DNA of 64,000 bases from Gemmatimonadota bacterium (GTDB lineage: Bacteria; Gemmatimonadota; Gemmatimonadetes; Longimicrobiales; Gaopeijiaceae): positions 147,125 through 211,124 of the forward strand of contig JBDHHQ010000013.1 in NCBI GenBank assembly GCA_039589315.1. Reading direction: 5' to 3'. Position numbers and translations under genes: made by a program. Shown here piece after piece: positions 39,001-48,450 of the stretch; the stretch's first letter is position 1, and each line of letters opens with the position of its first letter. The notes below the pieces were generated by a model. The model was not told where the DNA came from and did not search any database. It saw nothing but the letters and a program-made list of their open reading frames with translations.

Positions 39001-39216
39001 GTAGAAGGTGCCCGGGTGGCTGCGGTGGCCGGCGACGGTGGTGACGCGCCCACCCCGGGAGGGTCCCACGTTCCGGTACGCGAGCCCATCGAACATGGAC
39101 GAATCGACGGTCTGGGCCCGGATCTCGGACACCATGACGAGGACTGCCAGGGCGCAAGCGCCCATGACGGCTACGAGCCGACGAAGTCGGCGTACGTACA
39201 AGGAGGATCGAGACAT
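36064..39216 (-). CDS. Vps10/BNR (Asp-box) repeat glycosyl hydrolase-like protein
   Basis: GPSRGGRV, repeated S/T-x-D-x-G-x-T/S-W Asp boxes, HGDNHDMWINP, QQDN, C-terminal helical domain. Confidence 0.85.
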   Translation of the reverse strand: MSRSSLYVRRLRRLVAVMGACALAVLVMVSEIRAQTVDSSMFDGLAYRNVGPSRGGRVTTVAGHRSHPGTFYMGATGGGVWKTTNYGATWQNISDGYFATGSIGAIRVARSDPTTVYVGTGSDGIRSNVITGKGVYKSTDSGQSWSHVGLEDVGQIGAVEIDPRDPNTVYVAAIGHAFGPSERRGVYRSRDGGVNWERVLFVADSVGAVDLELVPDDPSTVIAAMWRAERKPWSIISGADGVGGIYKSTDYGDSWEKKTTGLPAGLIGKIDLAVTPANPNIVYALVEAIDEEEGLYRSGDRGETWELVSTEAGIMNRPFYYTNVDADPTDASTVYVNNERFYRSNDGGRSWNRVSTPHGDNHDMWINPDNPELFIQSNDGGANVTLDGGHTWSSQLNQPTAELYQIDVDDRYPYWLYAGQQDNTTIMVPSMPPEDGSPAGWQGAWKAIGGCETGPAVPQPGNPDVVFSNCKGRFGRYSHITGMEQQYYVGAVDMYGANPKDLPYRFQRVVPIEVSPHDPSRVYHGSQFVHATTDGGQTWERISPDLTAFRPERQVYSGRPITRDITGEEHYSVLYAIEESPIEPGVIYTGANDGPLHVTRDGGQSWTEITPPDMPPEGRIQTIDVSPHTPGKAYFAGYRYLLGDWEPYAYRTDDYGATWTRLTTGANGVPADFPTRAIREDTDRAGLLYLGTEFGMFVSFDDGMSWQPFQQNLPVTPITDIKVVQGDLVLSTMGRSFWIMDDVTRLHQLDEVMASGGDHLFEPRSLHRTRFSTDGMRDGPSPADPQYPMMAAGQFGGGHTLPAMIDYHLASDQTGEVTLEIVDGHGSVVRSFSSEGTGQEVTEGQGMRAPWQGVQGEPRVASTAGTHRFYWNLRHPGPQDADGEQRAGPMALPGAYQVRLSVGGQTRTADLAVTIDPRVAKDGVTQADLEEQLALALQTRDMLSEAYDAQATIERALERLDGASGGSAAEAREELTRLRTAMVTEGASYSPRMLTRQIEYLYSMLTTADQKPGRDAHGRYDQLREEMDTMQRDLDRVQSTVAELEGAGAS

Positions 39217-39375
39217 CGCTGCAACTCCGAGTGTCGGGTGCGACGAGCCCAACGGCGCCCGCCCGCCCTGACCTGCATGTGTGAGCCACTGAGATTCGCC
39301 ATCTGGCTGGCCACGGGCAAGCTTCTCGGGGTCGAGGCCCGGCACGGCCTTCCCGTGAGACCTGGAAGTAGTCGG

Positions 39376-40137
39376 TCAGGCGCCCAAGCTGGCCGCCTCG
39401 TCGGCGATGTGTTTGCGCAGGAGGTCGGTCAGCCGACCCGGTGCGCCACGGCCGTGACCGAGGCAGTCCCGGGCCGTGATCACGGCATCCGGGTCGAACT
39501 GCTCGACCGCCCCGGCGCGCTGGTAGAACCTGTTGACCGCCGCCGTGGCCGGGGCCATGTCGGCCTCGACGAAGAGGACCATGTGGGCGACGACGTTGCC
39601 GCCCGGGCGATGCGTCGGCGCCAGCCCCCCCCGCCAACGTTGGGACGTGCCCGCGATCTTCCTGCCCTGCGCCACCAGGTTGAAGCGTCCGTCGCAAAAA
39701 GACCCGGGCACCTCGCCGTATTCGACCGCCACGCCCAGGGTCGCCAACGCCTGCCGAACCGGCCCGCACAGGGCCTCATAGACGGCCTCCAGCGCATGGG
39801 CGGCCAGACCCCCCTGGCCGAGGAGCAGGGAAGCCTGGAGGATGCCCGGCCCGTGTGGCACCGCCGTCCCCCCGCTGTCTCGGGCGACGACGGGCCAGCC
39901 CTCCGCGCCGGCCGCCTTTGCCGCTGCCTCGGCCCCGGGCAACCTGGCCTCCCGGGCCGTGATCACCAGGGTCCGCTCGTTCTCCCAGATGCGGTACGTG
40001 GGCGCACGACTGCCGGCGCCGATCTCGCGGGCCCAGCCGAAGTCACGCTCGACAGCGGCGGCCGCGTCCATGGGCGCCCGGTCGTCGAGGACCTGGAGGT
40101 CCCGGAGCGCTGTCCCGAGCTCTGGTGGGTGTCCCAT
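39376..40137 (-). CDS. Lipoate-protein ligase A family (BPL/LplA/LipB catalytic domain)
   Basis: RDSGGTAVPHGPG, FCDGRFNL, GRKIAGTSQ. Confidence 0.85.
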   Translation of the reverse strand: MGHPPELGTALRDLQVLDDRAPMDAAAAVERDFGWAREIGAGSRAPTYRIWENERTLVITAREARLPGAEAAAKAAGAEGWPVVARDSGGTAVPHGPGILQASLLLGQGGLAAHALEAVYEALCGPVRQALATLGVAVEYGEVPGSFCDGRFNLVAQGRKIAGTSQRWRGGLAPTHRPGGNVVAHMVLFVEADMAPATAAVNRFYQRAGAVEQFDPDAVITARDCLGHGRGAPGRLTDLLRKHIADEAASLGA

Positions 40138-40247
40138 GTTCGAATTCGCCGCGGAGTGGAGGACGCCGGGCCTACCCCTGGTGTGCTACACCGGTTTCCC
40201 GGTATTTCTGTCGCCGCCGATCGGAGCCCGCTACACAGGTTCTAGCC

Positions 40248-41450
40248 ATGCCCCACGTCTTCGCCTACGAATCGGACCCCTACCAGAGGGAGATCTCCGT
40301 CCGCCTGCTCGAGACGGGGACCGGAGACGAAGGTCCCTACGCGGTCGTGAATGACACCGTGCTCTATCCAGGCGGAGGAGGACAACCGAGGGACCGGGGC
40401 ACCCTGGCGGGCGTCGGGGTGGCGGCCATCTCTCCCGAGGACGGGGTCGTGCGTCTCGCCCTGGAGCGGCCGGTCACCGGTGACGCGGCGGATCTGGTGG
40501 TGGACTGGAGGCTGCGGTACGACCGGATGCAGCAGCACACGGCCCAGCATCTACTGACCGCCGTCGCGGCGGATGAATATTGCTGGGATACGACTTCGTT
40601 CCACCTCGGCGAGGAGGTCTGTGACATCGAGCTGGACACGTCATCCATCTCCCGCCATGACCTGAGCCGTCTCCAGAGCGCGGTCGCGGACCGGGTCCGC
40701 GCGGCGCTTCCGGTCCGTGCCCGCCGGGTGCCCATGGACGAGTACCGGAAGATGACGGTGCGCACCCGCGGCCTGCCCGAGGGCTTTCGGGGCGAGGTGC
40801 GCCTCGTGGAGATCGAGGGCTTGGACCTGACGACGTGCGGAGGAACGCATGTCGACCGCACGTCCGAGTTGGAGACCATCTGTCTGCTGGGCACCGAGTC
40901 CGTGCGGGGCGGCAGTCGCACGCGGCTTCGCTGGCTGGCCGGGCGCCGCGTGCGCGAGCGTCTCCTCCGGCACGAGGACCGCAGCCGCGATCTCCGACAG
41001 GCGCTGGGCGTCGGCGACGATGAGCTCGCACAGGCCGTTCTGTCTGGTGGTGAGCGCCTCAAAGCCGCCGACCGGAGGATACGGCACCTGGAGTCCGCCC
41101 TGGCCGGCGAGGTCGCGGCCCGGCTGGTCCGCGGAACGGACCAACTCGTCCACGCCGACTTCGACGACGTGGAACCGAGCTTCGTCCAGGCCGTAGCCCG
41201 CACGTTCGCTGCCAGCGAAGTGAGCAAGGTGGCGCTGCTGACGAGCCGGGGGCCCAAAGGGCCGTTCTTCGTAGTCGCTGGCGGCGGCGCCCTCGGGGGA
41301 GACGTGCAGGCCGTGGGCGCCTGCGTCGCCGAAGCCCTGGGTGGCCGTGGTGGCGGCTCCGGGAGCTTCTTTCAGGGCAAGGCCGTGTCCCTGGACCGGC
41401 TCGGAGAGGCCATACAGACCGCCGCGGCGAAGCTGGCAGAGCGGCCGTGA
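40248..41450 (+). CDS. Alanyl-tRNA editing protein AlaX-L (with DHHA1 domain)
   Basis: YPGGGGQP, MQQHTAQHLL, CGGTHV zinc ligands, C-terminal GGRGGG. Confidence 0.9.
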   Translation: MPHVFAYESDPYQREISVRLLETGTGDEGPYAVVNDTVLYPGGGGQPRDRGTLAGVGVAAISPEDGVVRLALERPVTGDAADLVVDWRLRYDRMQQHTAQHLLTAVAADEYCWDTTSFHLGEEVCDIELDTSSISRHDLSRLQSAVADRVRAALPVRARRVPMDEYRKMTVRTRGLPEGFRGEVRLVEIEGLDLTTCGGTHVDRTSELETICLLGTESVRGGSRTRLRWLAGRRVRERLLRHEDRSRDLRQALGVGDDELAQAVLSGGERLKAADRRIRHLESALAGEVAARLVRGTDQLVHADFDDVEPSFVQAVARTFAASEVSKVALLTSRGPKGPFFVVAGGGALGGDVQAVGACVAEALGGRGGGSGSFFQGKAVSLDRLGEAIQTAAAKLAERP

Positions 41451-42037
41451 GCCAGCTCTCTGCCGTCACGGGCCTCGCGGTCGCGAGCTTCGTGTCGACG
41501 AGCCTGGACAACTTCACACTGCTGCTGGGGTTCTTCGCCGACGACGAGTACCCCAAGCGCCAGGTCGCCGGCGGCTACGCGCTATCAGTCGTTCTGGTGC
41601 TGCTCCTGGCGTGGGGGGCTTCCGCCGCCGTCGAGATGGTGCCGCCTGGGTACCTGGGCTACCTGGGCGTCGTCCCCCTGGGTCTCGGGCTGGTCGGCCT
41701 CTACCGGCTGCTCCGCCACGCGGGCCCGGCTGCTGTCGCCCAACCCCAGCGGGGCAAGGGCTTCTTCCCTGTGTTGCTCGTCATGCTGGCGAACAGCGGT
41801 GATTCGTTCAGCGTGTACGTCTCCGTCTTCGCCGACACTGCGGAGCGGCTCGAGGTCCCCATCCTCACCGTCGTGGTGACGTGCGCCCTGCTCGCCGCCG
41901 CCGCGGCCCGCTGGCTCGTCACCCGCAGAAGCCTCGGACAGCCCATTCAACGCATCGCCAGGCTCGTGCTGCCGTTCCTGCTCATCGCGATCGGCGCCTA
42001 CATCCTCATCGATACGGGGACGGACGCGCTTCCCTAG
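41447..42037 (+). CDS. Cadmium resistance transporter CadD family
   Basis: FVSTSLDNF and LANSGDSFSVY motifs, 5-6 TM helices; GTGA overlap with AlaX. Confidence 0.8.
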   Translation: MSQLSAVTGLAVASFVSTSLDNFTLLLGFFADDEYPKRQVAGGYALSVVLVLLLAWGASAAVEMVPPGYLGYLGVVPLGLGLVGLYRLLRHAGPAAVAQPQRGKGFFPVLLVMLANSGDSFSVYVSVFADTAERLEVPILTVVVTCALLAAAAARWLVTRRSLGQPIQRIARLVLPFLLIAIGAYILIDTGTDALP

Positions 42038-42191
42038 AGCGCCACTTCACGCGGTCCGATCCGTCCTGGGCGCAACACCGTGCCACGCGGAATCCCGCGC
42101 GGCGTCTCAGGGGTGCGGTGAGTCCAGGCTGAAGTCCCCGGACGAGGCGAGATCGCTCACGGGCCGCGGCTTCGACCGGACGGGTCCCAGC

Positions 42192-43382
42192 TCACTGGAC
42201 TGCTGGAAAGACGTACCGTCTCAGCATGTCCATGGCCTGGTTCGACAGCACGCTGTCGTTGCCGCCGGTGAAGACGGCGACCAGGTCGAAGTCCGGATAG
42301 ACGAAGATCCACTGACCGCCGCGACCGGACGCGGCCACGACGTCGAAGACCTCGTTGGAGAGGTCGAACGGGTGCTCGTGCCGGGGCAGCCGGATCCTCC
42401 ACCACTGATAGCCGTACCCGGCTCCGGGCGCCCGGGCGCTGGTGGACTCACGCACCCACGACTCCGAGACGATGCGCTGGCCGTTCCAGATCCCTCCGTT
42501 CAGAACCAGAAGCCCGATTCTCGCCGCGTCGCGGGGGCGTAGCGCCAGGCCGCCTCCGGTCTGGACGGTGCCGTCCGGATAGCGCCACCACGCATAGTCC
42601 GAGATACCCAGAGGACCGAAGAGGAATCGCTCGGCAAACTCGTCCGCCCTGAGACCGCTCGCACGGTGGATGACCTCGCCGAGGGTGATGGAAAGGCCGC
42701 TGTTATAACGAAAATGTCGGCCCGGCTCGTTCACTGCCGGCAGCCCCAACGTGAACGCCACGGGGTCCCCGGACCGATGCAGCTGCACGTGGCTGTTTCG
42801 CGAATCCGAGTAGGGGTGGGTGTGCTCGTCCCATTCGAGTCCCGCCGTCATCGTGAGAAAGTGCTCCAGCGTGAGCGCGTCCTTGCGCGCGTCGGCGAAG
42901 AACGCGGCGTGCTCGGGGAAGAACACGGAGATCCTCTGGTCCACGTCCTCGACGAGCCCCTGATCCTTGGCGATGCCGAAGAGCAGGGAGTTCACGCTCT
43001 TGGTCACCGAGTGGAGGTCGTGGAGATCGTCACGACCCCACTCCACGAAGCGATCGCCGGTGGTTGTCCGGCCCGAGGCGTACTCCTCGAGCACCAACCG
43101 GCCCCCACGGACCAGCAGCACGCCGTGGATGTTCACATAGCTCCCATCGCGGATGCGCTCCACGAGCTCTACCAGGGGCTCTTCCCGAACGCCGACGGCG
43201 TTCAGGTGGGCGGTGGCCCAGCCGTCTCCCGCCTCGGGCGGCACCTGGTACGTGTAGGACGGTGCCGGGCGCGTGGGGGCGTCGTCACAGGCCACCCCAG
43301 CGATCAGAATGAGCGACGGAAGCAGCCAAGTCCGGAAGCAGCGGAAGACTCGACCGAGGGCTGCGCGGGGCCGGGCGCTCAC
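42192..43382 (-). CDS. Serine hydrolase (6-aminohexanoate-dimer hydrolase / class C beta-lactamase-like lipoprotein)
   Basis: HSVTKS, LTMTAGL, FRYNSG, GRGGQ; lipobox GVAC. Confidence 0.9.
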   Translation of the reverse strand: MSARPRAALGRVFRCFRTWLLPSLILIAGVACDDAPTRPAPSYTYQVPPEAGDGWATAHLNAVGVREEPLVELVERIRDGSYVNIHGVLLVRGGRLVLEEYASGRTTTGDRFVEWGRDDLHDLHSVTKSVNSLLFGIAKDQGLVEDVDQRISVFFPEHAAFFADARKDALTLEHFLTMTAGLEWDEHTHPYSDSRNSHVQLHRSGDPVAFTLGLPAVNEPGRHFRYNSGLSITLGEVIHRASGLRADEFAERFLFGPLGISDYAWWRYPDGTVQTGGGLALRPRDAARIGLLVLNGGIWNGQRIVSESWVRESTSARAPGAGYGYQWWRIRLPRHEHPFDLSNEVFDVVAASGRGGQWIFVYPDFDLVAVFTGGNDSVLSNQAMDMLRRYVFPAVQ

Positions 43383-44032
43383 TCCGTACCTCCGAGCGGC
43401 ACGACATAGCCGACCGTCAGGTAGAGCGCGCGGTTCCTGGCCGCCCCCGGGGGCGTCGTCTCACGATTGATGTTTGTGAGCCCGCTGTTTGCCCACAGAT
43501 CGACGACGACGCACCCGGGGCCGGCCCCGAAGCCCATGCCAGCGCCCAGGGCCAGACCGAAGTCCACGGTCGCTCGCTGCAGCCCCGCCAGGACGTCGTC
43601 GCACTGCACTGACCCCACACCTGGCACACGGCGTGACTCGCAGCCGACCTCGAAGCTCGCCACCGGACCGGCGAACAATCGGGGCGCAAGAGCGACGGGA
43701 AAATCGATCTGGAGGAAGAGAGGGACCTCGAGGTAGGCGAGCTTCACCTGCTCGTCGTCGCTGTCGAATCCCTTCTGCGTGAATGCTAGACCACTGCGAA
43801 TCGCGGTCGCGCTACCCACTCGGGTGAGCACGATGGCGGCGAGGTGAATGCCGGGAGTGGCCTTGGCCAAGGCGTCGGCCGTCGGGTTCTCGAATGACAC
43901 CCGCGCGGCGTTGAGGCCCCCCGCCAGCCCGGCGGCCCAGCGCTGCCCGATCAGCGGTGAAACCATCGCGAGCCACATCACCCCCGCCAGAAGCGGGGGC
44001 CCACGTCTCGAGAGCATCACCCAAGACCGCAT
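43379..44032 (-). CDS. Outer membrane beta-barrel (PorT-like) protein
   Basis: Signal peptide, GGLN, FTQKG, YLEVP, FAGP, SGLTNI, terminal LTVGY; start uncertain. Confidence 0.75.
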   Translation of the reverse strand: MRSWVMLSRRGPPLLAGVMWLAMVSPLIGQRWAAGLAGGLNAARVSFENPTADALAKATPGIHLAAIVLTRVGSATAIRSGLAFTQKGFDSDDEQVKLAYLEVPLFLQIDFPVALAPRLFAGPVASFEVGCESRRVPGVGSVQCDDVLAGLQRATVDFGLALGAGMGFGAGPGCVVVDLWANSGLTNINRETTPPGAARNRALYLTVGYVVPLGGTE

Positions 44033-44353
44033 CCGTACAACCTCCAGGATGTCCTCGCGGTCACCCGACGCGCCTTCCTCTGGAACATACCCCCGGTAGC
44101 AGCCGGTCCCCGTCGGGCAAACCGCTCGAACGGGTGTGGTGGAGCCTCCGATCGACAGACGAGCCAGCTCCCCGACCGCGGGGCCTCCGGGGGGAGAGGA
44201 CGGTCCCGCGGGGCCAGCCCTTCCTCGGGCGGCGGCCAGCGGTCCCGCCAAAGCCCCTCCATCCGGGCGGACAGCCCACCGGTGACGTCGTCGTTGTCCG
44301 TGACCGGGGCTCGCCCTACCATGGGTCACGAGGCAACGACAGGAGCGGTGCGC

Positions 44354-45046
44354 GTGACCGAGACAGACCCCTCGACCGACGGTCTCAGCCGACCCGGTGG
44401 GGGCACCACAGCGGGAGGTCTCCCCGAGCCCGTGACGGCTCCGGCCGAGTCGGAGCATCGTCCACACTGGTCCCGACGGGACTTCATCAAGGGCGTGATC
44501 GCCTCCGGCGTCGCCGTCTCCGCAACGTCGTACTTCACCTCGGCCTGCACCCGCCCCCCTCCCGCCGTGGCCGGCGGGGTGGAGCGCCTCATCTCCCTCA
44601 CCGTGAACGGCCAGACCCGACGGGTCGACGTGCTCCCCAACGAGACCCTGGTGATGACGCTGCGCTACAAGCTCGGCCTCACCGGCACGAAGCTGGGGTG
44701 CGACCGGGGTGAGTGCGGGGCCTGCACGGTCATGATCGACGACGTCGCCCACTACGCCTGCTCGCTACTGACCCATCGTGTGCGCGGTCGCCGGATCACC
44801 ACGGTGGAGGGTCTGGAGGGGCAGGGCGGCGAGCTCCACCCGGTTCAACAGGCCTTCATCGACGAGCTCGGACCGCAGTGCGGATTCTGCACCCCGGGGC
44901 AGGTGATGTCGGCGGTGGCCCTGCTGGCAGCCAACCCGAGTCCCACCCGAGAAGAGGCCCGGGCGGCCATGGCCGGGAATCTCTGCCGCTGCGGCGCCTA
45001 CGATCATTACCTGAACGGGGTCCTGCGCGCCGCGAGGGAGGCTTGA
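44354..45046 (+). CDS. 2Fe-2S subunit of xanthine-dehydrogenase-family molybdoenzyme with Tat signal (PaoA/YagT-like)
   Basis: SRRDFIK twin-arginine motif; GCDRGECGAC, QCGFCTPG, NLCRC; AGGAG RBS. Confidence 0.92.
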   Translation: MTETDPSTDGLSRPGGGTTAGGLPEPVTAPAESEHRPHWSRRDFIKGVIASGVAVSATSYFTSACTRPPPAVAGGVERLISLTVNGQTRRVDVLPNETLVMTLRYKLGLTGTKLGCDRGECGACTVMIDDVAHYACSLLTHRVRGRRITTVEGLEGQGGELHPVQQAFIDELGPQCGFCTPGQVMSAVALLAANPSPTREEARAAMAGNLCRCGAYDHYLNGVLRAAREA

Positions 45047-45047
45047 C

Positions 45048-47450
45048 GTGGCCTACGACCTGATCGGCAAGAACTTCACGCCCCCCGACCTGGTCGGGAA
45101 GGTCACCGGCAGGGCCAAGTACGCCGAGGACTTTCGCGCTGACGGCATGCTGTTCTGCCGGCTGCTCACGAGCCCAATGCCCCACGCACGGGTCCGCGGC
45201 ATCGACGCGACCGAGGCACTGGCCATGGAGGGGGTCGTCGCGATCCTGACGGCCGACGAGGTGCCAGCCGTCCCTGCGCCCCAGAACCCCATCCTGACCA
45301 ACGAGCCCCACTACGTGGGCGAGCCCATCCTGGCGGTTGCGGCGGTGGACGAGACCACGGCCCAGGACGCCATCGGGAAGATCGTCGTGGACCTGGAGCC
45401 GCTGCCGTTCACGGTGGACCCGCTGGAGAGCCTCCGGGCCGATGGCGCCAATGCCCGGGTGGACGGCAACACCATCGTTTCGCGGGAAGGCGTCCGGGAG
45501 GTCAAGTGGTCGTCCGAGAGCTTCGCGGCCGTCGGAGAGGGCCAGCTCCCCATGGGCCCGCCGGGCGCCGAGTGGTCGTACGGCGACGTCGAGGCAGGCT
45601 TCGCGGACGCGCTGGTGGTCCTCGACGAGAGCTTCGTGACGGCGGGCACGTCCCACCACTCCATGGAGCCCCGGAGCGCCATGGCCTACTGGCAGAACGG
45701 GAAGTGCTACCTGTACGGGTCCAGTCAGAGCCAGAGCTTCGTCCAGCCGGGCTTGGCCAACCTCATCGGCATCGAGCCCGAGGACCTGGTCTTCGTGGCG
45801 GAAAACTGCGGCGGCGGGTTCGGCTCGAAGGGAGGCGCCTATCCGATCATGACGATCCCGGCCCACATGGCGAGGAAGACCGGGCGGCCCGTCATGATGC
45901 GGATCAGCCGGCTCGAGGAGTACTGCATCGGCTCGGCTCGGCCCGGCTTCCAGGGACGTATCAAGATGGGGTTCCGGGGCGACGGACGGGTGACCGCGGT
46001 GGACCTCTACGTCGTCCAGGAGAACGGGCCCAATTCCGGCTTCGGGGATTTCAGCAGCGCTGCGGGCGCGGTGTCGCTCGTCTACACGCCCCTCGCCATG
46101 CGCTTTCGCGGTATCCGCATCCTCACCAACACGCCGCCCCGCGGGGCCCAGCGCGGTCCGGGTCAGAACCAGATCGCCGCCGCCGTGGAGCCCCTCATCG
46201 ACAAGGCCGCACGGGAGCTGGGCGTGGACCGGGTCCAGATCCGGCGGATCAACGCGCCCGACAGCGACTCCCGGTACGGCGGCGAGCAGGGACCCATCAC
46301 CAGCGCCCATCTGCGGGAGGCCCTGGACAAGGGCGCCGAGCGGTTCGATTGGGAGGCCAAGCAGGCCCAGAGCGGCCGACGCTCCGGCTCCAAGGTCATC
46401 GGGGTGGGCGTTGGCCAGGCCTACCATTCGGCCGGGTCGAGCGGCTTCGACGGCCTGGTCCGGCTCACGCCCGACGGTAAGCTCCATATCCACACGGGTG
46501 TGGGCAACCTGGGCACCTACTCCTACGCGGGCACGTCCCGCGTGGCCGCAGAGGTGCTCAAGTGCCGTTGGGAAAGCTGCGTGATCCACCGCGGCAACTC
46601 CAGCCGAGGTCTGCCCTGGAACCTGGGTCAGTTCGGCAGCAACTCATCGTTCACCATGACCCGCACCAATTACGTGGCGGCCATGGACGCGGTGCGGAAG
46701 CTCAAGGAGATCGCGGCCGGCCAGTTGGGTGGATCCCCGGACGACTACGACATCGGCGACGAGTCGGTTTTCGCCCGAAACAACCCGTCCCGGAGCCTGA
46801 GCTACGCGGCGGCCGCCGAGCGTGCGATCGCCCTCGGCGGAGAGTACAGCGGCCACGAGGTCCTCGAGGACATCAACCGGTTGACTCGAAGAGCCGTGCG
46901 TGGCCTGGCGGGCACAGGCCTCATCGGTGTGGCGAAGGACAACCTCGAGCGGACGGGGACGGTTCCGGCCCTCGCTGCCGGATTCGTGCAGATCGAGCTG
47001 GACGTGGAGACCGGCAAGTTCCGGATCCTGGAATACCTGGGCGTCGTGGACTGCGGCACCGTGATTCACCCCCAGAGCCTGTCCACGCAGATCAAGGGTG
47101 GCGCGGTGATGGGCTTCGGTATGGCCTGCCTGGAGCGTCACCTCTACGACCCGCACCTGGGTCTGCCGGGAGCCATGGGATACTACCAGACCCGGCCTCC
47201 CTCCTACCTGGATGTGCCGGCGGAGATGGAGTGGGACGCGGTTGAGGAGCCGGACCCACAGAACCCCGTCGGCGCCAAGGGGATCGGCGAGCCGGTCATG
47301 GGCTGCGCGGCCGCTGCGCTCCTCTGCGCGATCTCGGACGCGCTCGGAGGGCACTACTTCAATCGCACGCCCGTGGTCCCGGACATGATCGTCAACGCAG
47401 CCGCTGGCCGGCCCCAGTCCCATGGGCCGCTTCAGGTGAACTCCCCGTGA
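45048..47450 (+). CDS. Molybdopterin-binding subunit, xanthine dehydrogenase family (PaoC/YagR-like)
   Basis: KVTGRAKY, GGGFGSK, AQRGPG, VDCG, GAKGIGE. Confidence 0.93.
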   Translation: MAYDLIGKNFTPPDLVGKVTGRAKYAEDFRADGMLFCRLLTSPMPHARVRGIDATEALAMEGVVAILTADEVPAVPAPQNPILTNEPHYVGEPILAVAAVDETTAQDAIGKIVVDLEPLPFTVDPLESLRADGANARVDGNTIVSREGVREVKWSSESFAAVGEGQLPMGPPGAEWSYGDVEAGFADALVVLDESFVTAGTSHHSMEPRSAMAYWQNGKCYLYGSSQSQSFVQPGLANLIGIEPEDLVFVAENCGGGFGSKGGAYPIMTIPAHMARKTGRPVMMRISRLEEYCIGSARPGFQGRIKMGFRGDGRVTAVDLYVVQENGPNSGFGDFSSAAGAVSLVYTPLAMRFRGIRILTNTPPRGAQRGPGQNQIAAAVEPLIDKAARELGVDRVQIRRINAPDSDSRYGGEQGPITSAHLREALDKGAERFDWEAKQAQSGRRSGSKVIGVGVGQAYHSAGSSGFDGLVRLTPDGKLHIHTGVGNLGTYSYAGTSRVAAEVLKCRWESCVIHRGNSSRGLPWNLGQFGSNSSFTMTRTNYVAAMDAVRKLKEIAAGQLGGSPDDYDIGDESVFARNNPSRSLSYAAAAERAIALGGEYSGHEVLEDINRLTRRAVRGLAGTGLIGVAKDNLERTGTVPALAAGFVQIELDVETGKFRILEYLGVVDCGTVIHPQSLSTQIKGGAVMGFGMACLERHLYDPHLGLPGAMGYYQTRPPSYLDVPAEMEWDAVEEPDPQNPVGAKGIGEPVMGCAAAALLCAISDALGGHYFNRTPVVPDMIVNAAAGRPQSHGPLQVNSP

Positions 47451-47460
47451 GGGCGCGGCC

Positions 47461-48450
47461 GTGTTGAGGGACATGATCCCGGGCTTCGAGCTGTACCAGC
47501 CCACGGACCTGGAGTCGGCGTTGGCGCTTCTGGACCGGTTCGGAGAGCGGGCGTGGCCCATGGCGGGAGGCTACGACAGCCTCGATTGGTTCAAGGATCG
47601 GGTAAAGGAGCCGCGCGCCGTCATCGATCTCGAGGGCCTCGAGGAGCTCCGGGGAATCGAGGAGAACGCCGGCGCGATCGAGATCGGTGCCCTGACCACG
47701 CTCACCGACGTGGAGCGCGACGACAAGCTACGTCGCGACTTCCCGTTGCTCGCGGACGCCGCCCGGCAGGTCGCCAGTCCCCAGATCCGGAACGCGGCCA
47801 CCCTCGGTGGAAACCTCTGCCAGGATGCCCGCTGCTGGTACTACCGTCAGGGTCTGACCTGCTATCGCGCGGGCGGCAACGTCTGCTACGCCGACACTCC
47901 CCAGGGCATCAACCGGGAGCACTGCCTGTTCGGGGCAAGTCGGTGCGTCGCCGTCACGCCCTCGGATACGGCACCGGCGCTGGTGGCGCTGGACGCGTCC
48001 ATGATGATCCGCAGCGCCCGCCGTGAGCGCGTGGTGAGGGCCGAGGATTTCTTCATGCGCCCCTCCGTGGATATCACCCGCATGACGGTCCTGGAGCCAG
48101 GTGAGCTCCTGACAGGGGTCCGGATCCCCGACACATGGGCTGGCGCCGGCTTCTACTTCGAGAAGGTCGCGGACCGGAATACCTGGGACTTCGCCCTGGT
48201 GAGCGTGGCCGCGGCGATGAGGATGGACGGGGAGCGGATCCAGGAGGTGCGTGTCGCCTGTGGCGGCGTGGCGTGCACGCCCCGGCGGCTCAAGGAGGTC
48301 GAGGGGTTCCTGACGGGCCGCGATCGCGACGACGAGTCCGCGGAGCGCGCGGGAGCGCTGGCGGTCCAAGGGGCCACGCCGCTCAACCACAACCACTTCA
48401 AGGTTCCCCTGCTGGACAACCTCGTGAAACGGGCAGTTCGGGGCGCCTGA
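47461..48450 (+). CDS. FAD-binding subunit with 4Fe-4S insert (PaoB/YagS-like)
   Basis: AGG, ASPQIRNAATLGGNLCQDARCWYYR...C...C...C, PSD, NHFKV. Confidence 0.93.
   Translation: MLRDMIPGFELYQPTDLESALALLDRFGERAWPMAGGYDSLDWFKDRVKEPRAVIDLEGLEELRGIEENAGAIEIGALTTLTDVERDDKLRRDFPLLADAARQVASPQIRNAATLGGNLCQDARCWYYRQGLTCYRAGGNVCYADTPQGINREHCLFGASRCVAVTPSDTAPALVALDASMMIRSARRERVVRAEDFFMRPSVDITRMTVLEPGELLTGVRIPDTWAGAGFYFEKVADRNTWDFALVSVAAAMRMDGERIQEVRVACGGVACTPRRLKEVEGFLTGRDRDDESAERAGALAVQGATPLNHNHFKVPLLDNLVKRAVRGA

Noticed and set aside
42129..42152. CTGAAGTCCCCGGACGAGGC resembling a hammerhead ribozyme core
   Set aside because: Lacks the invariant CUGANGA and GAAA core nucleotides
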